A DNA stretch of 26,447 bases from IMG/VR virus record IMGVR_UViG_3300042994_000016, positions 1-26,447 of that record. One strand, written 5' to 3'. This document shows, one piece after another, positions 18,520 to 26,135 of this stretch; position 1 is the first letter of the stretch, and every line of letters starts with the position of its first letter. Made by a program: the position numbers and the translations under genes. This stretch comes from a virus (Duplodnaviria > Caudoviricetes). The notes below the pieces were generated by a model. The model made no database searches and was not told the DNA's origin. It was given only the letters and a program-made list of their open reading frames with translations.

Positions 18520-18594
18520 ATGAACAACATAGTGTGGCTCGTTGGCGCCGTAGTCATCGTACTCGCCATCCTCAGCTTCTTCGGCTTCCGCTAA
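18520..18594 (+). CDS. 24-aa single-pass membrane peptide MNNIVWLVGAVVIVLAILSFFGFR (moron)
   Basis: Not in the ORF track; AAAGGGG RBS, one hydrophobic helix, own promoter motif. Confidence 0.7.
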   Translation: MNNIVWLVGAVVIVLAILSFFGFR

Positions 18595-18670
18595 GGTTTG
18601 CATGGGTGCCCGACGCGGGGTCGGGTGGTCGCGCATCATTCGCCGGGTTGACCTGAGGCTCGTGCGGACC

Positions 18671-18698
18671 AAAGAAAAAGGCCGCCTGCGGCGACCTT
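18671..18698 (-). terminator. Intrinsic terminator downstream of the putative late regulator
   Basis: Minus strand AGGTCGCC-gca-GGCGGCCT followed by TTTTCTTT. Confidence 0.75.
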
Positions 18699-18746
18699 AG
18701 AAATCGTATCTATGAATACCGGTTCAACCGAAAAGTTGCTGTACAG

Positions 18747-19523
18747 CTAGGCTGCTCGACGCTTGACCTTTAACGCTTCTAACTCTTCCGCCACAACGCC
18801 AAGGCCCATCATTAGGATGGCGCCGCCGACTGACATGGCTGCGCGCTCGTTGGTGGCGAAGCAGTTCCAACCAACTTGCTCAAGCTTCTTGCCTTCCAGT
18901 ACGAGGCGCTCGAACGGCATCAGGAGCGGACCCAGGGCGGCCCGTATGCGAGCAAGCTGCGGACCCGCGTCGATGCGTGCGATAACCGCAGCATCTCCGC
19001 TCCACGGCTTGGGCACGGCAGCCGGCGCTTTCTTGACCTGCATCGGGTCGACTGTCGACTTGCCAGCGTGCTCTCGGCCACTGAATTCGATTCCGCGGAG
19101 CCGTCTCTCACCCTTATATTTCAAGTCACCTGTTGCCGGATCCAGCCACGTAGCTTGATCGACCTGAAGCATATCCGCAGGGGTGTAGGCTTCACCTGTC
19201 AACATTGCACCGCTGTTCGCCTCACGGTCGAGCCGCACATAGGCTAGCAGTGGCTTGAGCATCTCGTTGCGCTGCCCAGCGAGGAGCCACTTGATTGCCG
19301 GCGTCGTATTGTCATTGGCTGGCTTTCCATCCCAGTTGGCGCCCTGCGCTGCCCGTCTGTCAATGCGTGCTACCTCGATCTTCATCGCCCTTGCCTCCTC
19401 TTTGCGTCTGGTCTCAACTGCGGCCTTGCCATCGCGGATCATCTGCCCGATCTCGAGTGGTCTACCCGTCGTGCTGCTTCGCACCACGTTGTCGTTGGCT
19501 GCCTTCAATGTCGTCTGCTCCAT
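18747..19523 (-). CDS. Putative late-gene activator/antiterminator (C-terminus resembles DUF6456)
   Basis: 258 aa in the lambda-Q position before the packaging genes; C-terminal helical pattern LARIRAALGP..FERLVLEGKKLEQVG...ILMMGLGVVAE. Confidence 0.5.
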   Translation of the reverse strand: MEQTTLKAANDNVVRSSTTGRPLEIGQMIRDGKAAVETRRKEEARAMKIEVARIDRRAAQGANWDGKPANDNTTPAIKWLLAGQRNEMLKPLLAYVRLDREANSGAMLTGEAYTPADMLQVDQATWLDPATGDLKYKGERRLRGIEFSGREHAGKSTVDPMQVKKAPAAVPKPWSGDAAVIARIDAGPQLARIRAALGPLLMPFERLVLEGKKLEQVGWNCFATNERAAMSVGGAILMMGLGVVAEELEALKVKRRAA

Positions 19524-19846
19524 TTCGGCTTGGGGTCTGGTAGTCCTCGAATTGCTTCCGATGCGGCTGTGGGCTCATCGTCTGGGCCTTCCACCAAACA
19601 CGCAGCGCGTTCGCGCATCCCAGCGGCCGCCCTTCGTCGCTCTTCCTCAGCGACGGTCACTGTGACCGACCGCTGCAGCACATAGTCTCTGTCAGCCTTA
19701 GCGGTGGCTAGCTCGCGCTCTAGCCTCGTGATCTTCGCCTGGAGTTGGCCGACTGCGATTGAAGCGTCATTGCAACGGTCACGCCAGTAGGCACCCTGCC
19801 GACGCGGATCGCGCGGCGCCAGTTGGGCGGCGAGGTTCATGTCCAT
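19505..19846 (-). CDS. Hypothetical coiled-coil protein (113 aa)
   Basis: Co-oriented and overlapping the next gene; heptad segment LQAKITRLERELATAK. Confidence 0.65.
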   Translation of the reverse strand: MDMNLAAQLAPRDPRRQGAYWRDRCNDASIAVGQLQAKITRLERELATAKADRDYVLQRSVTVTVAEEERRRAAAGMRERAACLVEGPDDEPTAASEAIRGLPDPKPKWSRRH

Positions 19847-19902
19847 CAGAGGCTCTTAGAAGTTGGTTGATGGTCGGCGGTGAAACGCGGGCTATAAGAC
19901 CA

Positions 19903-19931
19903 ATATAGTAATCTGCTGGAAGAACGTCCGC
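19903..19931 (-). promoter_or_regulatory. Possible sigma70 promoter for the 19846-18747 operon
   Basis: GCGGAC-N17-CTATAT; the -10 matches the rhizobial consensus but the -35 is poor. Confidence 0.3.
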
Positions 19932-20071
19932 GCGATTTGATGCTTTATTGGACGTGGCCGCTAATTCGGCAAGTTCACTGGTTGAAAATAAACTGGCTCA
20001 GCCCCATATCATGGGCACGGCGACGCATGTCCGCTTCGGACGTTTCCGCCCTTCCTCAAGGAGAAAACAAG

Positions 20072-20224
20072 ATGACGAATACCAAAGGCGCCGTAGCGCC
20101 TCTTAGTGCTATCGCTGTTTCAAAAAAGTATCGAATCTCCTTGGAGGACGCTAAGGCGATCCTTGAGCAGCATGGCGAGGATGCGAAGGCGATACACAAA
20201 GCTGCTCGCCGTATCGCTGCCTGA
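20072..20224 (+). CDS. Small hypothetical protein (50 aa, loosely DUF3606-like; moron)
   Basis: Strong AAGGAG RBS before ATG 20072; KKYRISLEDAKAILEQHG pattern; degenerate GCGAC-N16-CGTT promoter at 20020-20044. Confidence 0.7.
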   Translation: MTNTKGAVAPLSAIAVSKKYRISLEDAKAILEQHGEDAKAIHKAARRIAA

Positions 20225-20231
20225 GCGTAGT

Positions 20232-20256
20232 GGAACTATCAGGAATCGCCATCGTT
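20232..20256 (+). promoter_or_regulatory. General-stress sigma (EcfG/RpoE2/SigT) promoter
   Basis: Exact consensus GGAAC-N16-CGTT, 31 nt upstream of ATG 20288. Confidence 0.75.
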
Positions 20257-20287
20257 GTGGTCGATCCGAACCCTCGAGGTGCTACCG

Positions 20288-20791
20288 ATGAAAATTCTAG
20301 CCGCCGCTACAGCCTTCACCCTTCTAACTGGCGTAGCTTTCGCGCAGGACGCTGCGACACCGCCGGCCCAAACTCCGGCGCCAGCAGCCGGCGGCATGCC
20401 TTCTGGCCCACTTCCACCGCCACCAGGTCTGACGCAAGGAACAGCAGCACCGGAAACGAAGGCAGCGACCGACTCTATTCAGCAGAGCCAACGCCGTGGT
20501 CGTCCTGCCCACTTCCGTGTTGACACAGGCAAAGTGAAGCTCAGCCTGCGGTGCGGCGACGACCAGTCCACACAGCAGTGCGCGGAGACGCTCACGAGGC
20601 TCCTGGACCGTCTACAAGAGGCCTCCAGTGACGACCGCACAGATAGTGACGGACGCAGCGCCCGACTGATGCGCGACCGGGATACGGACGGAGATCGCGG
20701 CAACCGCTTTCGCCATCGTGACCGTGACTGGGACGATGAAGATCATGACGACGACTCCGGCCGTGGCCGCGACCGCCGCTGGCGGGACTGA
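20288..20791 (+). CDS. Secreted/periplasmic low-complexity protein (167 aa; moron)
   Basis: GAGGT RBS; signal peptide MKILAAATAFTLLTGVAFA-QD; Pro-rich linker, Cys pair, Asp/Arg-rich tail. Confidence 0.75.
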   Translation: MKILAAATAFTLLTGVAFAQDAATPPAQTPAPAAGGMPSGPLPPPPGLTQGTAAPETKAATDSIQQSQRRGRPAHFRVDTGKVKLSLRCGDDQSTQQCAETLTRLLDRLQEASSDDRTDSDGRSARLMRDRDTDGDRGNRFRHRDRDWDDEDHDDDSGRGRDRRWRD

Positions 20792-20852
20792 GCCTGTCGC
20801 CGGAAACTGGTGACCACGGAGGTACTGGCGCCAAACCGAGGTGAGTACGGAG

Positions 20853-20882
20853 GGCCGGAGCGAGAAGTCGCCCGGCCTTTTT
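20853..20882 (+). terminator. Intrinsic terminator of the plus-strand moron
   Basis: GGCCGG-a-GCGA-gaag-TCGC-CCGGCC followed by TTTTT. Confidence 0.75.
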
Positions 20883-20918
20883 CGTTGGTCAGGCTCAAGA
20901 CCCTTTAAGCTAACGCTA

Positions 20919-21027
20919 GTGTCCGCGACCGGCCCTTGTACGCACGCGGATAAAGAAGTTTAGAAACTGGAAAAAGAGACTAACTTCTTATCGTGTTGCT
21001 GCGCGGGCAAGGGACGGTCGCGGCCAC
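20919..21027. repeat. Large imperfect inverted repeat with an A-rich centre; candidate replication origin
   Basis: GTGTCCGCGACCGGCCCTTGTACGCAC versus the reverse complement of 21001-21027 (22/27 identical), inner AAGAAGTT/AACTTCTT; directly downstream of the primase gene. Confidence 0.6.
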
Positions 21028-21031
21028 TTGG

Positions 21032-23551
21032 TTATGAAGCAGCAATCAGCTGGCGCACCCGCTCCCTCCTGGCCTTTTCTCGCTCCGCTCGGAGCGAAAA
21101 CTCAGTGTAGACCTCCGGATTCACGGTGTAGGTCACCGAATCCCTCCGAACGGCGGGAACAGGATCCACCCATGACATGGCGTCCAGCTTCCGAAGCACC
21201 TCCTCAGCCTGATCGACATCCATCTCCCGCATTGTTCGATCTCCACGCCGTACGTCACGCACCGTGATCTTCTCTGGCTGATGGGAAAGAATCCAGCCGG
21301 CCGTTGCCAAGACCGCGTCGTGCTTATCCGACAGGCCAAGCACGTTCTGGTAAAACGCCAGCGCGTGCGGAAAAAGGAAATCATGCAAGAAGTTTGCAGC
21401 CCGCTTGGCGGTTTCGTACGGTATCACTGCGGCTGGTCGCGGCGACGTGCTATCGATGCAGTGGAACACGATGCAGAGCCTGGCATAGAGACCGTCATAT
21501 TTGCCGACATGCGCAGCTAGCTTCTTATTGAGGATTTCCCAAGACGATTGCATCTCATGGTGTCGCTCAGAAAGTTGCTGCCGAAGATCTTGCCCCGCAG
21601 CATCAAACTTGAGCGGCACCTCCACCATCGCACCTTGCTTCGGCCGCTGCATCTCATGAAGACGCCTAACCACGCCTCCATATTCACCCACAGCCGCCGA
21701 AGGAGGCACGTCCAGACCCACACACGATGGACCAAGGCAGACGGGAAACAAACGCTGCAGAAGGCCGTCGTCAGCCGCGTCTGCTGCGATGCGCCGGATT
21801 GGGTCCGGCTGGATCCCGCCCAGCATTGATACCGAAAGGTTGTCGATTGCCACCACTCCACGACCGACGCGGTTTACGCTGTAGCCGCCGCCGTTAAACG
21901 ACTGGAGCCAGAAGCTCCGATCGGCTGCCGCGCCTTTGCCCGAACCGTACTTCTCCATCGAGCCGAACCAGCCAGAAAGCTCGTCACGGATCAACAGCAC
22001 CCCATCATGGCTGTCGCGAAGAACCTCCTGCGCCGCCTCTACCGTCACGTCCTCAATCCGCACCCGCACCTGACGTGGCGGTGATTTCTCCGCTTTCCCC
22101 GCCTTGTCGAGGCTGTCGTACTTACGCTTCTCCTCCAGATAGCGGCGAACAAGCTCGTCGTCGATCAATCGCAGTGGTCGAGTAGCGGCGTTGATGATCG
22201 GGTTTTTTTTAGCGCTCGGGTTTCCAATGAGGGCGACCCATAGCCTAGCCGACTCCTCCCAATCATCATGGCGTTTCACCTTCAGCGTAATGGCGTCTGG
22301 GATAGCGGCTGCGCAGACGGCCAGAGCGGCTACAGCAAGCCCGCCTGCATCAACACCCATGATCTCCGATTGGGACACAGCGAAATGCTCGATCGCTTCC
22401 GGAAGAAGCCCCAACGGCAGCGACGGGTGCTTGCGTATTTCCCAAGGATCGACAGGTCTATGCGCTTCAACTTGTGGCGCATTGTCATTTGCGGCCACTA
22501 GAGGCGATCGCCGGGCGACAAGTTTGGCAGCCATGGCCTCGCCCGCTGCACGATCGGCCTCGCGTTTCTCTGCGTGTGCTGCTCCGAATTTTCCCCACAA
22601 CCGCACGAAGTCCGCGCGTGCGTCTTTGCTCTCGTACCGCTGAAACCAGTCACCGGTGGCGGCCAAGAAGGCAGCGCACCCCTGCTCGGCGCTTAGTCCG
22701 TCGAAGGCAAGTTGCTCCACAACGGAAGCCGCCCACTCCGATCTGTCACCGACCTCATTAGCGGCAAGCATCTCGACCGCTATAGTAGACAACTCTAGCC
22801 CGTCCAAAGACGGCAAGTTGTCGAGTGTCACCTCCCGCGGATCTGCTGCGGACGACGCCCACGGATCGAGAGCCGCGCTGAATTCAGCGACCGCCACCAG
22901 CGTTCCGTCCCACGCCTCGGCAACGGTCACCAATGCTGGTTCAGCAGGTCGGCCACGGTCCAGCTTGGCCTTGTTCGGCCAGTTGAGCGTGCCTGGGATG
23001 CGCCACACATGGGCAACGTCGGCAGTGCCGTGGTCGGAACCAGTCGCGCGCTTCAGGGCACCTGCAAGCACCTTTGCTTCAGACGGTGGCAGCGGCGTGT
23101 CGAAAAGGATGAACGGCTGAAAATTTCCAGGCGAGGTTTCCAGCCTCAGGCTCTCCTCTACGGGCATCGTGCCTGTTCGACCTGTGTCTGCATCCAAGTC
23201 AGCCACGAGTCCCAGCACGGCCACGATATCAGCCTCGCCGCCGCGTGTGCCGCGCTTCAGCCCCTTGCGCATGACCTGTAGGCCGGTGAACACGTTCGCG
23301 TTCGGCGTCAAAGCGTGAACCATGACCGCATCGGTCATCCCCGCAACGTCGCCCACGGCATGGTGACTTACGACGCCTGGCGTATCTCGGTCGCCCGTAG
23401 GATTGGCATAGTACGTTGAAACGACGAGCAAGCCATCGATGCCGTCGGCGAGGCCGTGGAGCATCTCGATGTGGCTGCGGACGGACGCTTCGTCGAAAGT
23501 TGGAGTAGGCTCACGCTGAGCGGCGAATAATGTTGACGTGTTGCTGGTCAT
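21032..23551 (-). CDS. Replication protein: RepB-type (AEP) primase domain fused to a DUF3987/YfjI-like P-loop domain
   Basis: Likely start MTSNTS at 23551 (GAGGG RBS), 839 aa; ADLDAD, ETSPGNFQ, WRIPGTLNW primase motifs; GNPSAKKNP, RDELSGWFGSM, GGIQP, DGLLQR. Confidence 0.82.
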   Translation of the reverse strand: MTSNTSTLFAAQREPTPTFDEASVRSHIEMLHGLADGIDGLLVVSTYYANPTGDRDTPGVVSHHAVGDVAGMTDAVMVHALTPNANVFTGLQVMRKGLKRGTRGGEADIVAVLGLVADLDADTGRTGTMPVEESLRLETSPGNFQPFILFDTPLPPSEAKVLAGALKRATGSDHGTADVAHVWRIPGTLNWPNKAKLDRGRPAEPALVTVAEAWDGTLVAVAEFSAALDPWASSAADPREVTLDNLPSLDGLELSTIAVEMLAANEVGDRSEWAASVVEQLAFDGLSAEQGCAAFLAATGDWFQRYESKDARADFVRLWGKFGAAHAEKREADRAAGEAMAAKLVARRSPLVAANDNAPQVEAHRPVDPWEIRKHPSLPLGLLPEAIEHFAVSQSEIMGVDAGGLAVAALAVCAAAIPDAITLKVKRHDDWEESARLWVALIGNPSAKKNPIINAATRPLRLIDDELVRRYLEEKRKYDSLDKAGKAEKSPPRQVRVRIEDVTVEAAQEVLRDSHDGVLLIRDELSGWFGSMEKYGSGKGAAADRSFWLQSFNGGGYSVNRVGRGVVAIDNLSVSMLGGIQPDPIRRIAADAADDGLLQRLFPVCLGPSCVGLDVPPSAAVGEYGGVVRRLHEMQRPKQGAMVEVPLKFDAAGQDLRQQLSERHHEMQSSWEILNKKLAAHVGKYDGLYARLCIVFHCIDSTSPRPAAVIPYETAKRAANFLHDFLFPHALAFYQNVLGLSDKHDAVLATAGWILSHQPEKITVRDVRRGDRTMREMDVDQAEEVLRKLDAMSWVDPVPAVRRDSVTYTVNPEVYTEFSLRAEREKARRERVRQLIAAS

Positions 23552-23795
23552 GATTCCCCTCAAGATTTTCCTGTAGTTGCTTCGCAAGTTCAGCCCGCAG
23601 TTCGGGAGACAGGCTCGCCGCGCGGCTTCCATTCTTCGTGGGCGGCGGATAAATCTCGATCCCGCCGCTTGGCGTTTGCACCGCCTGATAATCGTACAGG
23701 ACGAGTCCAGGCATCACGTTGAGGTTGAACTTCGCGATTACGCGGAAGCCTCTAGGCGATGGCGGCATTTCGAGCCGAAGGATCTCCCTGATCAC
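23511..23795 (-). CDS. Hypothetical protein (94 aa), possibly a SpoVG-like nucleic-acid-binding fold
   Basis: GTG start overlapping the upstream TGA; beta-strand pattern followed by a C-terminal helix; fold guess is weak. Confidence 0.55.
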   Translation of the reverse strand: MIREILRLEMPPSPRGFRVIAKFNLNVMPGLVLYDYQAVQTPSGGIEIYPPPTKNGSRAASLSPELRAELAKQLQENLEGNHDQQHVNIIRRSA

Positions 23796-24337
23796 GCTGG
23801 CCACCTTTTGAAGTGGCGAACTCCTCCTTGCCACTCGAATGTTCCGGCATGGCCACGGAGTTGATCTGCGTCCTCCGGAAGAGAGATCCCCAGCGCATCT
23901 ACGAAGTTGCTGAACTCTTCCTGACCCTCTTGCGCAAGCGACTGAGTCGGCGCGTCCAGAGTGAACGCGACATTCTCGCGGTCACCGGTCTTCCGGTTCT
24001 GGAGAGCGACGTGCAGGAAGGTGAATTTGCCCCTCATGCTGAGCTTAGCATCTGCCACCCAGAAGGCGTTCGCCTCGTGTTGATCCCGCCGTAACTTCTG
24101 GTTCACAGCGACCCGTACGAGTATCGCTGTCTCGCCGTCAGCGCAGAAGATGTCACCGAGGGAGCGGAGTGGAATGGTACCTTCGGCAAACTCAATACGA
24201 CGACGGTCGGCATTTCGGACGGTACGCGTTGGCACCAGGACAGGTGACTGATCAAGAAACCCGCATACTTTAGCGCTGCCGTCATTGTAGATCGTGAGCC
24301 CATAACCGCGGACGCTGTTTCGACTGTTTTGAGACAA
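23792..24337 (-). CDS. Hypothetical protein (181 aa); C-terminal half resembles DUF669-type phage ssDNA-binding proteins
   Basis: AAGGAGGA RBS; AQEGQEEFSNFVDALG...DADQLRG pattern; located in the replication module. Confidence 0.55.
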   Translation of the reverse strand: MSQNSRNSVRGYGLTIYNDGSAKVCGFLDQSPVLVPTRTVRNADRRRIEFAEGTIPLRSLGDIFCADGETAILVRVAVNQKLRRDQHEANAFWVADAKLSMRGKFTFLHVALQNRKTGDRENVAFTLDAPTQSLAQEGQEEFSNFVDALGISLPEDADQLRGHAGTFEWQGGVRHFKRWPA

Positions 24338-24394
24338 TAATCCTCCTTCCGGCGCGACGGCCGGTTGTAAAATTGATGATGATGTTGGGTGTGG

Positions 24395-24634
24395 TTAGGC
24401 GGCGCGGCCCTGATAGGCTTCGGCTCGTGTGACCGCGCGTTGGTTATTGTTTGCTGCAGACCATGTATCGCGACATGCTCGCTCGTCCCGCCAAGCGTCG
24501 AGATCGGTTGTCGAGTAGATCACCGCACGACCAAGCTTGTAGTATTGCGGGCCGCCGCCGAAGTGGCGCAATTTGTCTAGCATTGATTTTGAAAGGCCGA
24601 GGTATTCGGCCGCTTGTTTTACCCGAAAGTTCAT
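24395..24634 (-). CDS. AlpA/Xis-like helix-turn-helix protein (excisionase or activator)
   Basis: QAAEYLGLSKSMLDKLRHFGGGPQYYKLGRAVIYSTTDLDAW; directly after the integrase; AAGGAG RBS. Confidence 0.9.
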   Translation of the reverse strand: MNFRVKQAAEYLGLSKSMLDKLRHFGGGPQYYKLGRAVIYSTTDLDAWRDERACRDTWSAANNNQRAVTRAEAYQGRAA

Positions 24635-24637
24635 CGC

Positions 24638-24689
24638 GTCTCCTTATGTTTCAGACATAGGAGACAACGGCGGTTACATTGGCCGCCGT
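24638..24689 (-). promoter_or_regulatory. Two hairpins in the int-alpA spacer; one sequesters the alpA RBS
   Basis: Minus strand ACGGCGG..CCGCCGT, then GTCTCCTATGT-ctgaa-ACATAAGGAGAC, 3 nt before the ATG. Confidence 0.65.
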
Positions 24690-25987
24690 CAACCGCTGTT
24701 GTCGATATTCTTCGACGTCATGGCATCGCTGATGTGCGCACCTATGGCGTCTGCAGCCCGCTTCAGTGGATCAGTATCTAGATGAGCGTACCGTGCCGTT
24801 GTTGCTGCCTGAGTATGCCCCAGCAGCTTTCCCACAATCGGAAGCCCCATGCTGTTTCCCACCCCGACACTCGCAAAGCTGTGACGCAGGTCGTGCAGCC
24901 GCACGTTTTCAAGCTTCGATCGCTTAAGGACCGCCCGCCATGGCTTATTCAAATCTGCTCTTGGCTTCTCTTCGGGGCTTCCCGCACTCTCACTTGCGAT
25001 TACGTATTTACCCACCCTCGGGATGGATTTCAAAACATCAATTGCCGGAGCCGAAAGAACTAAGGTCTTGGGGCCAGTTTTGCTGTCCCCGAGGAAAAGT
25101 ACGCCCCGCTCAAGATCAACCTCCGACCACTTCAGGTCAAGAATCTCGCGGCGCCGCGCACCGGTGAGAAGGTACAGCCGGATCGCTGCCACCGCATGAG
25201 GCCCGTACACCGTGCGTCGGCTCTTAAGCTTCGGCGCATGCTTCGCCCCCTTCTTACTCTCGTCAACGTCGTAAGGGATCCCTACGGTCTCGGCCTCTGT
25301 CAGCGCGGATCCAAGGGACGCCAGCTCTTCGGTGCTTAGGAACCTCTCCATTTTGCGCTCCTTGAAGCGTTCGATGACCGCGGCTGGATTATGTCCAGCC
25401 GGCACCAGACCATGTTTACTGGCCCATCCGAACATTGCTGAAAGGACCGCTAGCGTTCGGTTGGCCATGGTGCGGCCCCCATTGCCTGTCCCGTCTTTTC
25501 CTCGAGTGATATGGGCTTGAAGTCGCGCGACGTCGCTTGCGGTCACAAGCGATCCTCTCATGGAACCTAGCACCGGAATTACATAACGCTCGATTGCCGA
25601 CTTGTACTCCGTATAAGTTCTGGCCTTACGCTTTACTTGGACGTGATCGCGAAGGTATTTCATCGCTATCTCCGACACGGTGTCCGCGCGCCTCTCCTCG
25701 TGCCGGCTGGACGCAGGATCTGCTCCGAGCGTCACCCGCGCCAAGGTACGCGAAGCTTCATCTCGCGCCTCTTCGGGCGACATCATAGCCGGCACTCCAA
25801 GCTTGATGCGTTTCTTTGCAACTGCCCGACCGCCAGCTCCGGGCCGGTACTCCAGGATCCAAGACCGCGCCCCGGTCGGCGAAACCCTCAGGCCAAAGCC
25901 TTTGATGTCAGTGTCGAAATAGATTACTGGCTTGTCCGAAGGTGTAATCGCCTGCACGTTCTTACGTGTGAGTTTCAGCACCGGCAT
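24689..25987 (-). CDS. int: Tyrosine integrase with N-terminal arm-binding domain (P4-like)
   Basis: Likely start MPVLKLT at 25987 (GAGGAG RBS), 432 aa; GFGLRVSPTGARSW; catalytic TGARRREI, KT, HDLRH, LGH, TARY. Confidence 0.96.
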   Translation of the reverse strand: MPVLKLTRKNVQAITPSDKPVIYFDTDIKGFGLRVSPTGARSWILEYRPGAGGRAVAKKRIKLGVPAMMSPEEARDEASRTLARVTLGADPASSRHEERRADTVSEIAMKYLRDHVQVKRKARTYTEYKSAIERYVIPVLGSMRGSLVTASDVARLQAHITRGKDGTGNGGRTMANRTLAVLSAMFGWASKHGLVPAGHNPAAVIERFKERKMERFLSTEELASLGSALTEAETVGIPYDVDESKKGAKHAPKLKSRRTVYGPHAVAAIRLYLLTGARRREILDLKWSEVDLERGVLFLGDSKTGPKTLVLSAPAIDVLKSIPRVGKYVIASESAGSPEEKPRADLNKPWRAVLKRSKLENVRLHDLRHSFASVGVGNSMGLPIVGKLLGHTQAATTARYAHLDTDPLKRAADAIGAHISDAMTSKNIDNSG

Positions 25988-26000
25988 CTGGCTCTCCTCG

Positions 26001-26020
26001 TGTCGCCACCTGTCGCCACC
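26001..26020. repeat. Tandem 10-bp repeat TGTCGCCACC x2; probable integrase arm-type sites
   Basis: Exact direct repeat 115 bp from the att core, abutting the int RBS. Confidence 0.7.
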
Positions 26021-26135
26021 AGATGAGAAAGCCGGTGAAACAACATCTATCAACAGACGAACAAATAGGCCGTTTCTCGCTGTGAATAAAGGCTTTATGA
26101 AACTCAGTGAAACGTGCTACATCAAGTCAGCACAA

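Noticed and set aside
20625-20790. GAC/CGC-rich quasi-repeats as a DNA repeat array or CRISPR
   Set aside because: They reflect the Asp/Arg-rich protein tail; no fixed repeat-spacer period
25988-26053. Longer upstream starts given by the ORF track (int 26053; also rep 23632, portal 15885, connector 12477)
   Set aside because: Downstream starts have better RBSs or stop/start coupling, and the extensions overlap neighbouring genes or att arm sites
19850-26135. Alphaproteobacterial LexA (GTTC-N7-GTTC) or CtrA (TTAA-N7-TTAA) boxes in intergenic regions
   Set aside because: No full match found by eye; a matrix scan would be needed to exclude weak sites
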